A DNA stretch of 64,000 nucleotides from an uncultured Verrucomicrobiae bacterium (lineage in GTDB: Bacteria; Verrucomicrobiota; Verrucomicrobiia; Chthoniobacterales; UBA10450): contig CAWIBO010000001.1 of NCBI GenBank assembly GCA_963834385.1, positions 128,001 to 192,000 of the forward strand, in the 5' to 3' direction. Under the pieces are notes generated by a model that worked only from the letters and a program-made list of their open reading frames with translations, searched no databases and was not told the origin of the DNA. Each line of letters starts with the position of its first letter. Within the stretch, counting starts at the first letter, position 1. Below, piece after piece: positions 1 to 9,709 of this stretch. The position numbers and the translations under genes are program-made.

Positions 1-750
1 TGGGAAAGCGTCCTGGAAATCGCGCGCGTGCTGCGGCCGGGCGGTCTTTGCTGCATCATCGTCCCGGCCAGCGGACCGGAACACCGTTATCCCCGCGACT
101 GCTGGCGTATCTTCAGCGACGGCATGGCGGCGGTCTTTGCCTATGGCGGCCTGGAAACGCTCGAGTGCCGGACGCAGTGGCACGAGTTACCGGAGTTCGA
201 TGCGGAAAGTAACAAGTGGCACGAGACGGTGGCGATCGGGCGCAAACCGAACCGGCCGGTCGCGGCGCGCTGGCGCGGCCGGGTTCACCGTTGGTTGCAC
301 CGGCTTGTTCCCCTGCCCGCGCAACCGGCCACCATGGTGCTCCAGGCTTATCCCACGCACGACGGCCGGCACCGGGAAGAGGAATCGGTTTCTTTGCGAC
401 GCTCCTGCCGCGCCCCCGGGGAATGGCGGCTTTGGCTCCCGCGTGGGGCCGGCTTGAATCCGCTGCGCCTCGACTTCTCGCCGGAGGCCCACACCGTCAC
501 CGTGAAGTCCATCGTTCTGCGCACAACCGCAGGCGAACTCTATCGGGCGGACACCGCCACCGGCTTTGCCGGGATCGCGGTCGCGGGGGATGCGACCGCG
601 CAATCGGGTCCCGACGGCCTGGCCGTCACCATCACTGGTGACGATCCGCAGCTGATCCTCCCGCCCCTTCCCGCACCCGCGCCCGGGGAAACGGTGGAGC
701 TGGCGGCTTCTCTGGCCATTCGGCTAAAAGAAAACGCGGCATGCCCGTGA
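1..750 (+). CDS. Class I SAM-dependent methyltransferase with C-terminal beta-rich extension (5'-partial)
   Basis: Frame is open from base 1 (WESVLEIARVLRPGGLCCIIVP...EHRYPRDCWR). E-x-x-R-V-L-R-P-G-G is the typical post-motif II of class I methyltransferases. Confidence 0.7.
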   Translation, partial: WESVLEIARVLRPGGLCCIIVPASGPEHRYPRDCWRIFSDGMAAVFAYGGLETLECRTQWHELPEFDAESNKWHETVAIGRKPNRPVAARWRGRVHRWLHRLVPLPAQPATMVLQAYPTHDGRHREEESVSLRRSCRAPGEWRLWLPRGAGLNPLRLDFSPEAHTVTVKSIVLRTTAGELYRADTATGFAGIAVAGDATAQSGPDGLAVTITGDDPQLILPPLPAPAPGETVELAASLAIRLKENAACP

Positions 751-765
751 AGGACATGCCGCGTT
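727..765 (-). terminator. Rho-independent terminator for the DUF4142 pair
   Basis: 11-bp inverted repeat AACGCGGCATG (733-743) / CATGCCGCGTT (755-765), with an A-run at 727-734 that gives a U-tract on the minus strand. Confidence 0.6.
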
Positions 766-782
766 GAGACGGGCCTGCGCTA

Positions 783-1370
783 TTACTTCGCGCCGGCCTT
801 CGCCTTTTTGATCATGGCCAGGTGACCGCGCAGCGCCGGGAGCGACTTGGCCGCGAAAGCGCGGATGTCCTTGTCATCCCCGCTGGCGGCGTGCTTCTGG
901 AAAAGCGCGATGTCCTTCTGGTGATGATCGGCCACCGCATCGAGAAAGACCTTGTCGAATCCCTGCGGGCTGATCTTGCCGGGTTTCATCGTCTGCGTCC
1001 CGATGCGCAGTCCCTTGCTCTCCGCGAGGGCGAGCAGGTCCTTGTTCATCTTTGTGTGGTCGGCCACGATGGCGGCGGCAACCCGCTTGGTTTCCGCGCT
1101 TTGCGCGTGCTGCTGTCCCAATTTGCCGAGCGCGATCTCCTCATCCCCGGCGGTGGCCGCCTTGAGCAGGAAATTCTTGTCCTTGTCGGTCATGGTCGGG
1201 GCGGCCTGCTTCTGGGCCGCGGGGGCGCGCTTGCGCAGGAACGGATTATCCGAGACGGAACTCGGATCAGTCTCCTGCTTGGCCTCCTCTTCCTGGTTCT
1301 GCGCGAGGGCCTGCCCGGAAATGCCGAGCGAAAGGACCAGCGCAGCCATCACTGCACGATTGATCTTCAT
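783..1370 (-). CDS. DUF4142 (ferritin-like) secreted protein
   Basis: Signal peptide ending ALA-Q; motifs DKNFLLKAA...EIALG, DHTKMNKDL, FDKVFLD...DHHQKDI, FAAKSLPALRGHL. Confidence 0.85.
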   Translation of the reverse strand: MKINRAVMAALVLSLGISGQALAQNQEEEAKQETDPSSVSDNPFLRKRAPAAQKQAAPTMTDKDKNFLLKAATAGDEEIALGKLGQQHAQSAETKRVAAAIVADHTKMNKDLLALAESKGLRIGTQTMKPGKISPQGFDKVFLDAVADHHQKDIALFQKHAASGDDKDIRAFAAKSLPALRGHLAMIKKAKAGAK

Positions 1371-1372
1371 GT

Positions 1373-2025
1373 TTACCTTTCTTTGTTGGTCTCGTTCCGA
1401 GACGTTTCAGCGTCGGAATTGGACGTGGCCGGTCTGGCCACATTCACTTCACGCGACGTTAACTTTATTTTGTTCCGGGCTTTTTTTACCAGCTCAAGAT
1501 GCCGCCGCAGGACGGGCAGCGTCTTCTCGGCGAATCGCTTCAGGTCCGCATCCTGCAACTCCCGGACTGCTTTCTCAAACTCGGCGATGTCCTGCCGGTG
1601 ATCCTCCTGGACAAGGTCGAGATACTCGCGGTCAAAATCGGACTCGCTCAGTTTCGGGAGCCGGGGGCGCCCCAGCGCCAACTCGATGCCTTTCTCCGAG
1701 GCCAGCGCGGCCAGTTCCCGGCTGACCCGGGCATGATCCTCCGCGATCTTCGCTCCCAGGCGCCGAATCTCCGCCGCGCGCGCCTGCTTTTCCGCCATCC
1801 GCCCCATCTCAATTTCAAGCAGGCTGTCCCGCCCCGCCTTGCGCAGAAAAGGACGGGCCGCGGGTCGACCGTTTGTCCGGCCGCTGGTGCCGGCCGGGAC
1901 GGGTCAACCGAACGAAGGTGCGGGGTGTCGCTTGGCGCCGGGCTCGCCGGCTGCGCCCGGATGCCCTCGCCGCCAAGGCAGAAGACGCCGCACGCTGCAA
2001 GGATGATCAGTTTGTTCCGTTTCAT
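1373..2025 (-). CDS. Second DUF4142 secreted protein (one frameshift near 1862)
   Basis: Signal peptide MKRNKLIILAAC...IRA-Q starts at 2025. The DUF4142 core (PFLRKAGRDSLLEIEMG...EDHARV...FDREYL...FAEKTLPVLRRHL) lies in another frame, and one added base joins them. Confidence 0.75.
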
Positions 2026-2104
2026 TTTTCCGCGGTTCAGCTCACCTGTTTTACGCGGGCAGAATCGACTCTGGCCGTCCTTTTCCTCGCCGGAAGATCC
2101 ACCG

Positions 2105-3520
2105 TTAGCCGGCCTCCGGCGCGCGGGCATAGGAACTCTCCACCCGCGCGGCCACATCCCGGTAGCCGTAGTCAGCCTCGTAAATTTGTTTCATGCAGGC
2201 AATCGACCGGGCCGTGTCCCCCATCCGCTCGTGGACCAGGCCGAGGTTGTAGATGATCTCCTTTTTCAACAGGTCCATCGGGATGATCTCTTTGGCCGCG
2301 TCCTCCAGCTGTTTCGCCGCCAGATCGAACATTTCCAGTTCCGCGTAGGATTGCCCGAGAAGATTCATGGCCTTCAGACGGGCGTTGGGATTCTGTCGCG
2401 CGCGCTGCAGTTCCGGCAGGGCCTCCCGATGGCGGCCGGCCCGTGCCAGCTGCTCTCCCAGCTCAAAGCGAAGCTGCAGGTCGGTCGGGTTTCGTTCCAC
2501 CCGCTTTTGCGCCTCGGCAATCACCGCCTCGTCCCGCTGGCGCCGCGCCGCTTCCAGGGCCGCTGCGTGTTCCGCATATCCCTCCGCCCCGGCCTTCATT
2601 TGCTCCAGGGCCGCCGCGTGCGCCGCAATCTCCTCCTCGACCTTCTTCATCCCCAGGCTCTCCACCTTCCGGACCAGGCCGGTGTCAGCGTTGCCGGTCA
2701 ACTCGGCCGCATAGCGAAACCAGGCAACCGCGTTTGTCAGGTCGCCTTTTTGCTCGTAAAGCGCGCCCAGCCGGCGGGCGTGGTCGATGTTCGCCTGGTC
2801 GCCCTCGTGCCGCGCATACGCCTCCGCGATCTGCTGATCAATCGATTCATCTGAAAGGGTCAGCCGGCTCTGCTGTTCCAGGGAAACCGCGGCTTCCTTG
2901 TCCCGGATCAGGTCGCGATAACTCTCCGCCTGGGTCCAGCCGCCGCTTTGCATGGAGGCGCGCGCGGAGGCATCCTTGCCCCGACGGGAGGCCTCGGCGT
3001 CGGTCGGATCAATCTCAATGATCCGGTTGTAGATCTCGACCTCCTCGTCGTTCCGGCCCATCTCGTGCAGGAGCGCTCCCAGCTCATGCAGGAGCTTGGT
3101 CTCCCGCGGGCTTTCCTCCAGCAGCGTTTCCAGGGCGAGGACGCCGATCTCCGGCCAGCCGGCCGCCACCGCCGCTTCCTTCAGGGCCAGATTGGCCTGG
3201 CGATTCAACGGTTCATCCTCCAGGACCTTTTCCAGCAGTTCGATCGCGCGCGGCGCATCCTTCCGGATCTCGCGCTGCGCCTTCATTACCGAGACCGACG
3301 CGGTGGAGAGGTTGAAAAAACTTTTCTTGGTCGCCTTGAACTTCGTGATCTCGGTTCGCCGCAGCAGCTGGCGCCCGGTCAAAAACTGGGGCTCCTGTTT
3401 CAGGATCGTCTGGAGGAGCGAAATGGCGTAGTCGAAGTTTCGCAGCTCGAGGGCGGCCATCGCTTTCAGCCAGGCGCTTCGCTGTGCCTCTCCCAGTTCC
3501 TTTTCGCTGATGATCGCCAT
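2105..3520 (-). CDS. Cytoplasmic tetratricopeptide repeat protein
   Basis: Multiple TPR-like helical repeats (e.g. LHELGALLHEMGRNDEEVEIYNRIIEIDP), no signal peptide, immediately downstream of mutS. Confidence 0.8.
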   Translation of the reverse strand: MAIISEKELGEAQRSAWLKAMAALELRNFDYAISLLQTILKQEPQFLTGRQLLRRTEITKFKATKKSFFNLSTASVSVMKAQREIRKDAPRAIELLEKVLEDEPLNRQANLALKEAAVAAGWPEIGVLALETLLEESPRETKLLHELGALLHEMGRNDEEVEIYNRIIEIDPTDAEASRRGKDASARASMQSGGWTQAESYRDLIRDKEAAVSLEQQSRLTLSDESIDQQIAEAYARHEGDQANIDHARRLGALYEQKGDLTNAVAWFRYAAELTGNADTGLVRKVESLGMKKVEEEIAAHAAALEQMKAGAEGYAEHAAALEAARRQRDEAVIAEAQKRVERNPTDLQLRFELGEQLARAGRHREALPELQRARQNPNARLKAMNLLGQSYAELEMFDLAAKQLEDAAKEIIPMDLLKKEIIYNLGLVHERMGDTARSIACMKQIYEADYGYRDVAARVESSYARAPEAG

Positions 3521-3534
3521 GCCTTGCTACTCTA

Positions 3535-6042
3535 TCACAGGAGATCGAGCTGCGGCTTTTCTCTCGGCGTCGGCATGCTCTTCGCCCGCTTCTTCGTTTT
3601 TTTTGCCGGCTCGGCCGCGCCATTTCGCGGCGCCTCGAGATGCTCCAAAATCTCGCGCGCCCGCTCCAGGAGGGGCCGCGGCAGGCCTGCCAGACGGGCC
3701 ACCTGGATGCCATAGCTTCGGTCCGCGCCGCCCGGGACGATCCGGCGCAGGAAAATGATCTGCTCGTTCCATTCCCGCACCGCCACGTTGAGGTTGCAGA
3801 CGCCGCTGCGCTGCTCCGCCAGCTTGGTCAGCTCATGATAGTGCGTGGCAAAAAGCGTCCGGGCCCGGATCTTGTCGTGCAGGAATTCCGCCACGCTCCA
3901 GGCAATGGAAAGACCGTCGAAGGTGGAGGTGCCCCGCCCGATCTCGTCGAGGATGACGAGGCTGCGCGCGGTCGCGTTGTTCACGATGTTGGCCGTTTCG
4001 TTCATCTCCACCATGAAGGTTGACTGGCCCCGCGAGAGGTCGTCGCTCGCTCCCACGCGCGTGAAAATCCGGTCGACCAGCCCAATCTCCGCGCTGGTCG
4101 CCGGGACAAAGCTGCCGACCTGGGCGAGGAGGACAATAAGCGCGACCTGCCGGATGTAGGTGGATTTTCCCGCCATGTTCGGACCGGTGATGAGAGCCAG
4201 CCGCACCTTGTCACCATCGAGGAGGGTGTCGTTGGGGACAAATTTCTCCTCGGCCAGGTTCTGGTCGAGCACGGGATGGCGCCCATCCTTGATCTCAAGG
4301 CGGAGGGACTCGTTCAGGCGGGGCCGGCAATAATGAAAAAGGCGGGCGGTCTCCGCCAGGCCCGCCAGCGCATCCAGGATGGCGATGGCCTCGCCCGTTT
4401 GCTGCAGCATCGCCACGTGCGCAAGCGTCTCCTCGCGGAGATCCTGGAAGAGCTGGTGTTCCAGGTGGCGCGCCTTTTCCTCCGCGCCCAGGATCCGGGC
4501 TTCCACTTCCTTCAATTCCGGGGTGATGAAGCGCTCTCCGCCCACGGTGGTCTGCTTGCGCGTGTAGCGTTCCGGCACCGCCCCGAGGTTGGCCTTGGTC
4601 ACCTCGATGAAATATCCAAAGACGGAATTGAACCGCACCTTGAGGGACTTGATCCCGGTCTCGGCGATCTCACGTTCCTGCAGCTCGGTGATCCAGTTCT
4701 TCCCCTCGCGCGAAGCCTGTCGCAGCTCGTCGAGGGCGGAGTCAACGCCATCACGAAAGATCCCGCCCTCCTTTAAGGGAAAAGGCGGATCCTCCACGAG
4801 GGCTTTCGCCAGCCGCGTCGCCAGCTCCGGCATTTCCTCGATCTGCTCCTGCAAGGCCTGGCCCAGCGTCCGCGGCCGCTCCGGCGTTTCGCGCACACCA
4901 AAGGCAAGGCGGTCAAGCAGCCTGCCCAGCGCTGTCTTCAGGCGCGGAATTTCCTCGAGCGAGACGCGCAGGGCGACAAGGTCGCGGGCGTTTCCCGACG
5001 CCTGGCTCAGCCGGCCGGTGGCGCGTTCGATGTCCCGCATGGCCCGAAGCGCCTCGCGCAACTCGGCCAGGACGTCGGCCTCCTGCAAAAGGTCGGCGAT
5101 CAGCTGCTGCCGGCGCTCCAGTTCGTCCAGCCGGCGCAACGGTTGCAGCAGCCAGGCCCGCAGCTTGCGCCCTCCCATCGGGGTAATTGTCCGGTCCACC
5201 GCGGCCAGCAGGCTCATGTCCCGCACGCCGCGGGATGTCACCAGCTCGAGATTCGCCTGCGTGGCCGCGTCCAGCAAAACCCTTTCTCCCGTGACCGCAC
5301 AGCGCAGGGTCGAGACATGGTCGCAGTTGCGCCGCAATTCGTTCTTTACGTAGTGCAGAATGGCGCCGGCGGCGCCGGTGGCCCGGGCCATGGCCCCGCA
5401 GCCAAACCCATCCAGGCTCTTGACCTTGAAATGCTCGCACAGGGCAAAGCGGGCGTGCTCCGGCAGAAACACGTAATCTTCGCAGGCGACCAGCCCGCGA
5501 AAATCGTTGAAGTCCTGCCGTTGCCCTTCCATCACCAGCAGCTCCGAGGGTGAGATGCGGGCGAGCTCGTCAAGGGCGGCCGCCTTGTTCTCCGCCTCGG
5601 TCAGGACAAATTCCCCCGTGGTCAGGTCCAGCCAGGCCAGGCCATAACCCCCACCGTCGCCCGTGACCGCGGCGAGATAGTTGGCCCGTTTGGCCTCCAG
5701 CAGGTCGAGATCGCTGACCGTGCCCGCGCTGATAATTTGGGTGATGTCGCGCGAGACGATCCGCCCCGGCTGCGCCTCGCTCGTCTGGTCGCAGACCGCC
5801 ACCCTTTTGCCGGCCTTGATCAGTTTCGCCATGTAATTCTGCGCCGCGTGATATGGGACGCCGCACATCGGGACGCCGTTTCGCTTCGTCAGCGCGACGT
5901 TCAGCAGGCCGGAGGCTTCGCGCGCGTCCTCGAAAAACAGCTCATAGAAATCGCCCAGCCGGAACAGGAGCAGCGTGTCCGCCGGGATGCTGGCGCGCAA
6001 CCGCTGGTACTGCTGCATCATCGGCGTGAGGCTGTCGGCCAT
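3535..6042 (-). CDS. mutS: DNA mismatch repair protein MutS
   Basis: N-terminal TPMMQQY and FRLGDFYELF, Walker A TGPNMAGKSTY, STFMVEM, DEIGRGTST, FATHYHEL, SYGIQVARLAG. Start placed at ATG 6042. Confidence 0.97.
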   Translation of the reverse strand: MADSLTPMMQQYQRLRASIPADTLLLFRLGDFYELFFEDAREASGLLNVALTKRNGVPMCGVPYHAAQNYMAKLIKAGKRVAVCDQTSEAQPGRIVSRDITQIISAGTVSDLDLLEAKRANYLAAVTGDGGGYGLAWLDLTTGEFVLTEAENKAAALDELARISPSELLVMEGQRQDFNDFRGLVACEDYVFLPEHARFALCEHFKVKSLDGFGCGAMARATGAAGAILHYVKNELRRNCDHVSTLRCAVTGERVLLDAATQANLELVTSRGVRDMSLLAAVDRTITPMGGRKLRAWLLQPLRRLDELERRQQLIADLLQEADVLAELREALRAMRDIERATGRLSQASGNARDLVALRVSLEEIPRLKTALGRLLDRLAFGVRETPERPRTLGQALQEQIEEMPELATRLAKALVEDPPFPLKEGGIFRDGVDSALDELRQASREGKNWITELQEREIAETGIKSLKVRFNSVFGYFIEVTKANLGAVPERYTRKQTTVGGERFITPELKEVEARILGAEEKARHLEHQLFQDLREETLAHVAMLQQTGEAIAILDALAGLAETARLFHYCRPRLNESLRLEIKDGRHPVLDQNLAEEKFVPNDTLLDGDKVRLALITGPNMAGKSTYIRQVALIVLLAQVGSFVPATSAEIGLVDRIFTRVGASDDLSRGQSTFMVEMNETANIVNNATARSLVILDEIGRGTSTFDGLSIAWSVAEFLHDKIRARTLFATHYHELTKLAEQRSGVCNLNVAVREWNEQIIFLRRIVPGGADRSYGIQVARLAGLPRPLLERAREILEHLEAPRNGAAEPAKKTKKRAKSMPTPREKPQLDLL

Positions 6043-6132
6043 CCGGAAAGTCTTAAATCCCGCGGGGGCAAATGCCAGCCGGGAGTTGGTCGCCCGGTTG
6101 ATTTCCACCCCCGCGCCGTCGAGTTTTCCCTC

Positions 6133-6504
6133 ATGGAGACCCCCGGCGCCGCTCTCAACTACAAGATCGGCAATGAAAAGCTGATCAAGGTGACGGAGAG
6201 CGCCTCCCGCAAACTCACCTCCCTGCTCGACCGCCAGGGCCGGCCGCAGGGAGCTCTGCGCGTCGCGGTCATCGGCGGCGGCTGCTCCGGCCTCCAGTAC
6301 AAGATGGACCTGGTCGATGGCCCGGCCCAGCGCGACATCATGGTCCTCTCGGAGAACGTCCGCGTGGTGGTGGATCCCAAGAGCGCCCTTTTTGTCAGCG
6401 GTTCCCAGCTCGATTTCAGCGACGACCTGCAAAAAGGCGGTTTCAAGGTGACAAACCCGAACGCGGTCGCGCATTGCTCCTGCGGCGAGAGCTTCTCGGC
6501 GTGA
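6133..6504 (+). CDS. iscA: HesB/IscA/ErpA-family Fe-S cluster assembly accessory protein
   Basis: GGGCSGLQY and NPNA..CSCGESFS motifs. Confidence 0.9.
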   Translation: METPGAALNYKIGNEKLIKVTESASRKLTSLLDRQGRPQGALRVAVIGGGCSGLQYKMDLVDGPAQRDIMVLSENVRVVVDPKSALFVSGSQLDFSDDLQKGGFKVTNPNAVAHCSCGESFSA

Positions 6505-7058
6505 CCGATTTTTTCGCGCTGCTCGGGCAACCGCGCCAGCCCTGGCTGGACCCCGGTGAGTTGAAAGCGCGCTTTCACGAACTGGCGCGCGTGGCCCATC
6601 CCGACGCCGGCCAGCAGACGGACTCCGTTTTTCGCGACCTGAGCGAGGCCTATGAAACCCTGGCCGATCCCAAACGGCGCCTGCACCATCTTCTCACGCT
6701 CGCGGGCGCGCCGCCCCCGGGGGGCGCCGGCCCGGTTCCGCCCGACCTCGGTTCGATTTTTTCCCGGCTCGGGACGACCCTGATGGAAACGCAGCAGCAT
6801 CTTCGGCAAAAGGCGGCGGTTACGTCGCCCCTGGGCCGTTCGGTGCTCGCAGGCACGGAAGCGGCCCTGCGTTCCCGCTTGTCGGGATTAAAGGAGGAAC
6901 TAAGTCGGGCCGAGGATGACGCCCTGCAGAATTTGAAGAAAGAGAACGAGGCGGCGGCGCTCCGGCCTGCGGTCCTTGGTCCCCTCTACCAGCGTCTTTC
7001 TTATCTCAGCCGCTGGCGCGACCAGGTCGAGGAGCAGCTCTACGGGCTCGATTCCTGA
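6501..7058 (+). CDS. hscB: HscB-like J-domain co-chaperone
   Basis: GTG start overlaps the iscA stop; DFFALLG...HPD J-domain motif, AYETLADP.RR, helical C-terminal domain. Confidence 0.75.
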   Translation: MTDFFALLGQPRQPWLDPGELKARFHELARVAHPDAGQQTDSVFRDLSEAYETLADPKRRLHHLLTLAGAPPPGGAGPVPPDLGSIFSRLGTTLMETQQHLRQKAAVTSPLGRSVLAGTEAALRSRLSGLKEELSRAEDDALQNLKKENEAAALRPAVLGPLYQRLSYLSRWRDQVEEQLYGLDS

Positions 7059-7063
7059 AGACA

Positions 7064-7077
7064 TGTTCATTTGAACT
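7064..7077 (+). promoter_or_regulatory. LexA (SOS) box overlapping the lexA -35
   Basis: TGTTC-ATTT-GAACT, one mismatch to the Verrucomicrobia motif TGTTC-N4-GAACA. Its last base is the first T of TTGCCG-N17-CATGGT (7077-7105). Confidence 0.8.
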
Positions 7078-7113
7078 TGCCGGGGCGGGAAGGGTGGCGC
7101 ATGGTTCCCCACC

Positions 7114-7728
7114 ATGCTAACCGAGCGGCAACAGCGCGTGCTCGAGTTCATCCAGAACGAACAGCGCGAGAAAGGGCTCACCCCGAGCACCCGCGAAATC
7201 CAAAGCCACTTCCGCTTTGCGAGCCAGACCTCGGTCATGCAATACCTCGCCGTGCTCGAACGGAAAGGCTTTCTCGACCGCCACGCGCGCAAAGCACGGG
7301 GGTTGGTGACACCGGGACAAAAGGCCCGGATCGCGGACATTCCGATCTACGGCCAGATTCCCGCCGGCATGGCCTCTCTCCAGGAACAGGAACCGGAAGG
7401 GCATCTTTGTCTGGACGCCGTTTCCGCCAACCTGGGCCGCCACCGAAGGACCTTTGCCCTGCGGGTGCGGGGCGATTCCATGATCGGCGCCCATATCCTG
7501 GATGGGGACCTCGTCGTTTTGGAGGACCGGAAAGACGCACGCCACGGGGATGTGGTGGCGGCCTTGATCGATGGCGAGACGACGCTGAAGCGCTATGTGG
7601 TCGAGCGCGGCCGGCCTTATCTCCGGGCGGAGAACCCGGCCTTTCCGGACCTGATCCCGGCCCGCGAACTTGTGGTGCAGGGCGTGATGACCTCGCTGGT
7701 GCGAAGACAGCCCGGCGCAAAAAAGTAG
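7114..7728 (+). CDS. lexA: SOS repressor LexA
   Basis: [12 protein letters not shown] winged HTH with PSTREI, Ala-Gly cleavage site (IPAG), catalytic Ser (GDSM) and Lys (TLKR). Confidence 0.95.
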   Translation: MLTERQQRVLEFIQNEQREKGLTPSTREIQSHFRFASQTSVMQYLAVLERKGFLDRHARKARGLVTPGQKARIADIPIYGQIPAGMASLQEQEPEGHLCLDAVSANLGRHRRTFALRVRGDSMIGAHILDGDLVVLEDRKDARHGDVVAALIDGETTLKRYVVERGRPYLRAENPAFPDLIPARELVVQGVMTSLVRRQPGAKK

Positions 7729-7786
7729 ACGCACGCCGTCGCTTGAGGTGTTAATGACGCCGGGAGGCGCCGCCTCTTTTTTCGCC

Positions 7787-8920
<1,134 letters not shown>

Positions 8921-9012
8921 GGCCCGGCACGCCCGCTACTTGCGTAAATTTTGGCTTGCCCTTTGGCGGCCGGGCGGGTTAAAACAAAACAAACCCCCAC
9001 CCCCCCACCATC

Positions 9013-9651
9013 ATGAATCAACGATTGCTCAGCGAAATAGGCCGGACCCAGCGCCTCGAAATTCTTAACTCCCTCAAGCGCACTAAAGGCATGTCCGTGA
9101 ACGAGATGGTGCGAAAAATGGGCATGAGCTACATGGGCATCAAGCAGCATTGCCTGACTCTCCAGAAAGACGGTTACCTCGACACCTGGCGCCGTCCCCA
9201 GAAAATGGGCCGGCCAGAGATGGTTTACCGGCTGACCCCCCGCTCCCACGACCTCTTCCAGAGCGATACAAACTCCTTCACCCTCGATCTTCTCGAGTCG
9301 ATCAAGGAAATCTACGGTCCCAACGCGCCGGAAAAGCTCCTTTACACCCTCTTCGAGAAGAAAACCGCCGCGCTCAAACCCAAGGTCAAGGGCGACACCG
9401 TCCCCGACCGGGCCAGGGCTTTGGCCAAGCTCCGGGATCAGGACGGGTACATGTCCGAGTTCACCACCACCATGGAGGGCGGACCGCAGGTCCTGGAATG
9501 CCATTCCCCCATCATGAACGTTCTCGAGCGTTACCCGATCATCGGCCGTTTTGAACAGGAGATGTTCGAAAACCTGCTTCGGACCCCGGTTCGCCGGGAA
9601 CAGGCCCGCGAATCAGGCCAGTACGAGTGCGCCTTTTATTTCGCAGCCTGA
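9013..9651 (+). CDS. Winged-HTH transcriptional regulator, SufR-like (COG2345-type)
   Basis: N-terminal HTH with GRPEMVYRLT wing; C-terminal ECHSPI...FEQEMFENLL...ECAF resembles the SufR sensory domain. Confidence 0.75.
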   Translation: MNQRLLSEIGRTQRLEILNSLKRTKGMSVNEMVRKMGMSYMGIKQHCLTLQKDGYLDTWRRPQKMGRPEMVYRLTPRSHDLFQSDTNSFTLDLLESIKEIYGPNAPEKLLYTLFEKKTAALKPKVKGDTVPDRARALAKLRDQDGYMSEFTTTMEGGPQVLECHSPIMNVLERYPIIGRFEQEMFENLLRTPVRREQARESGQYECAFYFAA

Positions 9652-9709
9652 AGATCCTCTGACGGATTTTTACTTTCGTCGCGCGCGAATCTCGTTTGAT
9701 TGAAGGCCC

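Noticed and set aside
6043..6474. N-terminal extensions given by the ORF track (mutS to 6474, sugar transferase to 52827, gpmI to 41522)
   Set aside because: They overlap real divergent genes (iscA, aroD, the phosphatase-like gene), and family homology starts at downstream ATGs.
9553..9567. GAACA-N5-TGTTC as an extra LexA site
   Set aside because: Inverted arrangement, wrong spacing, and inside a coding region.
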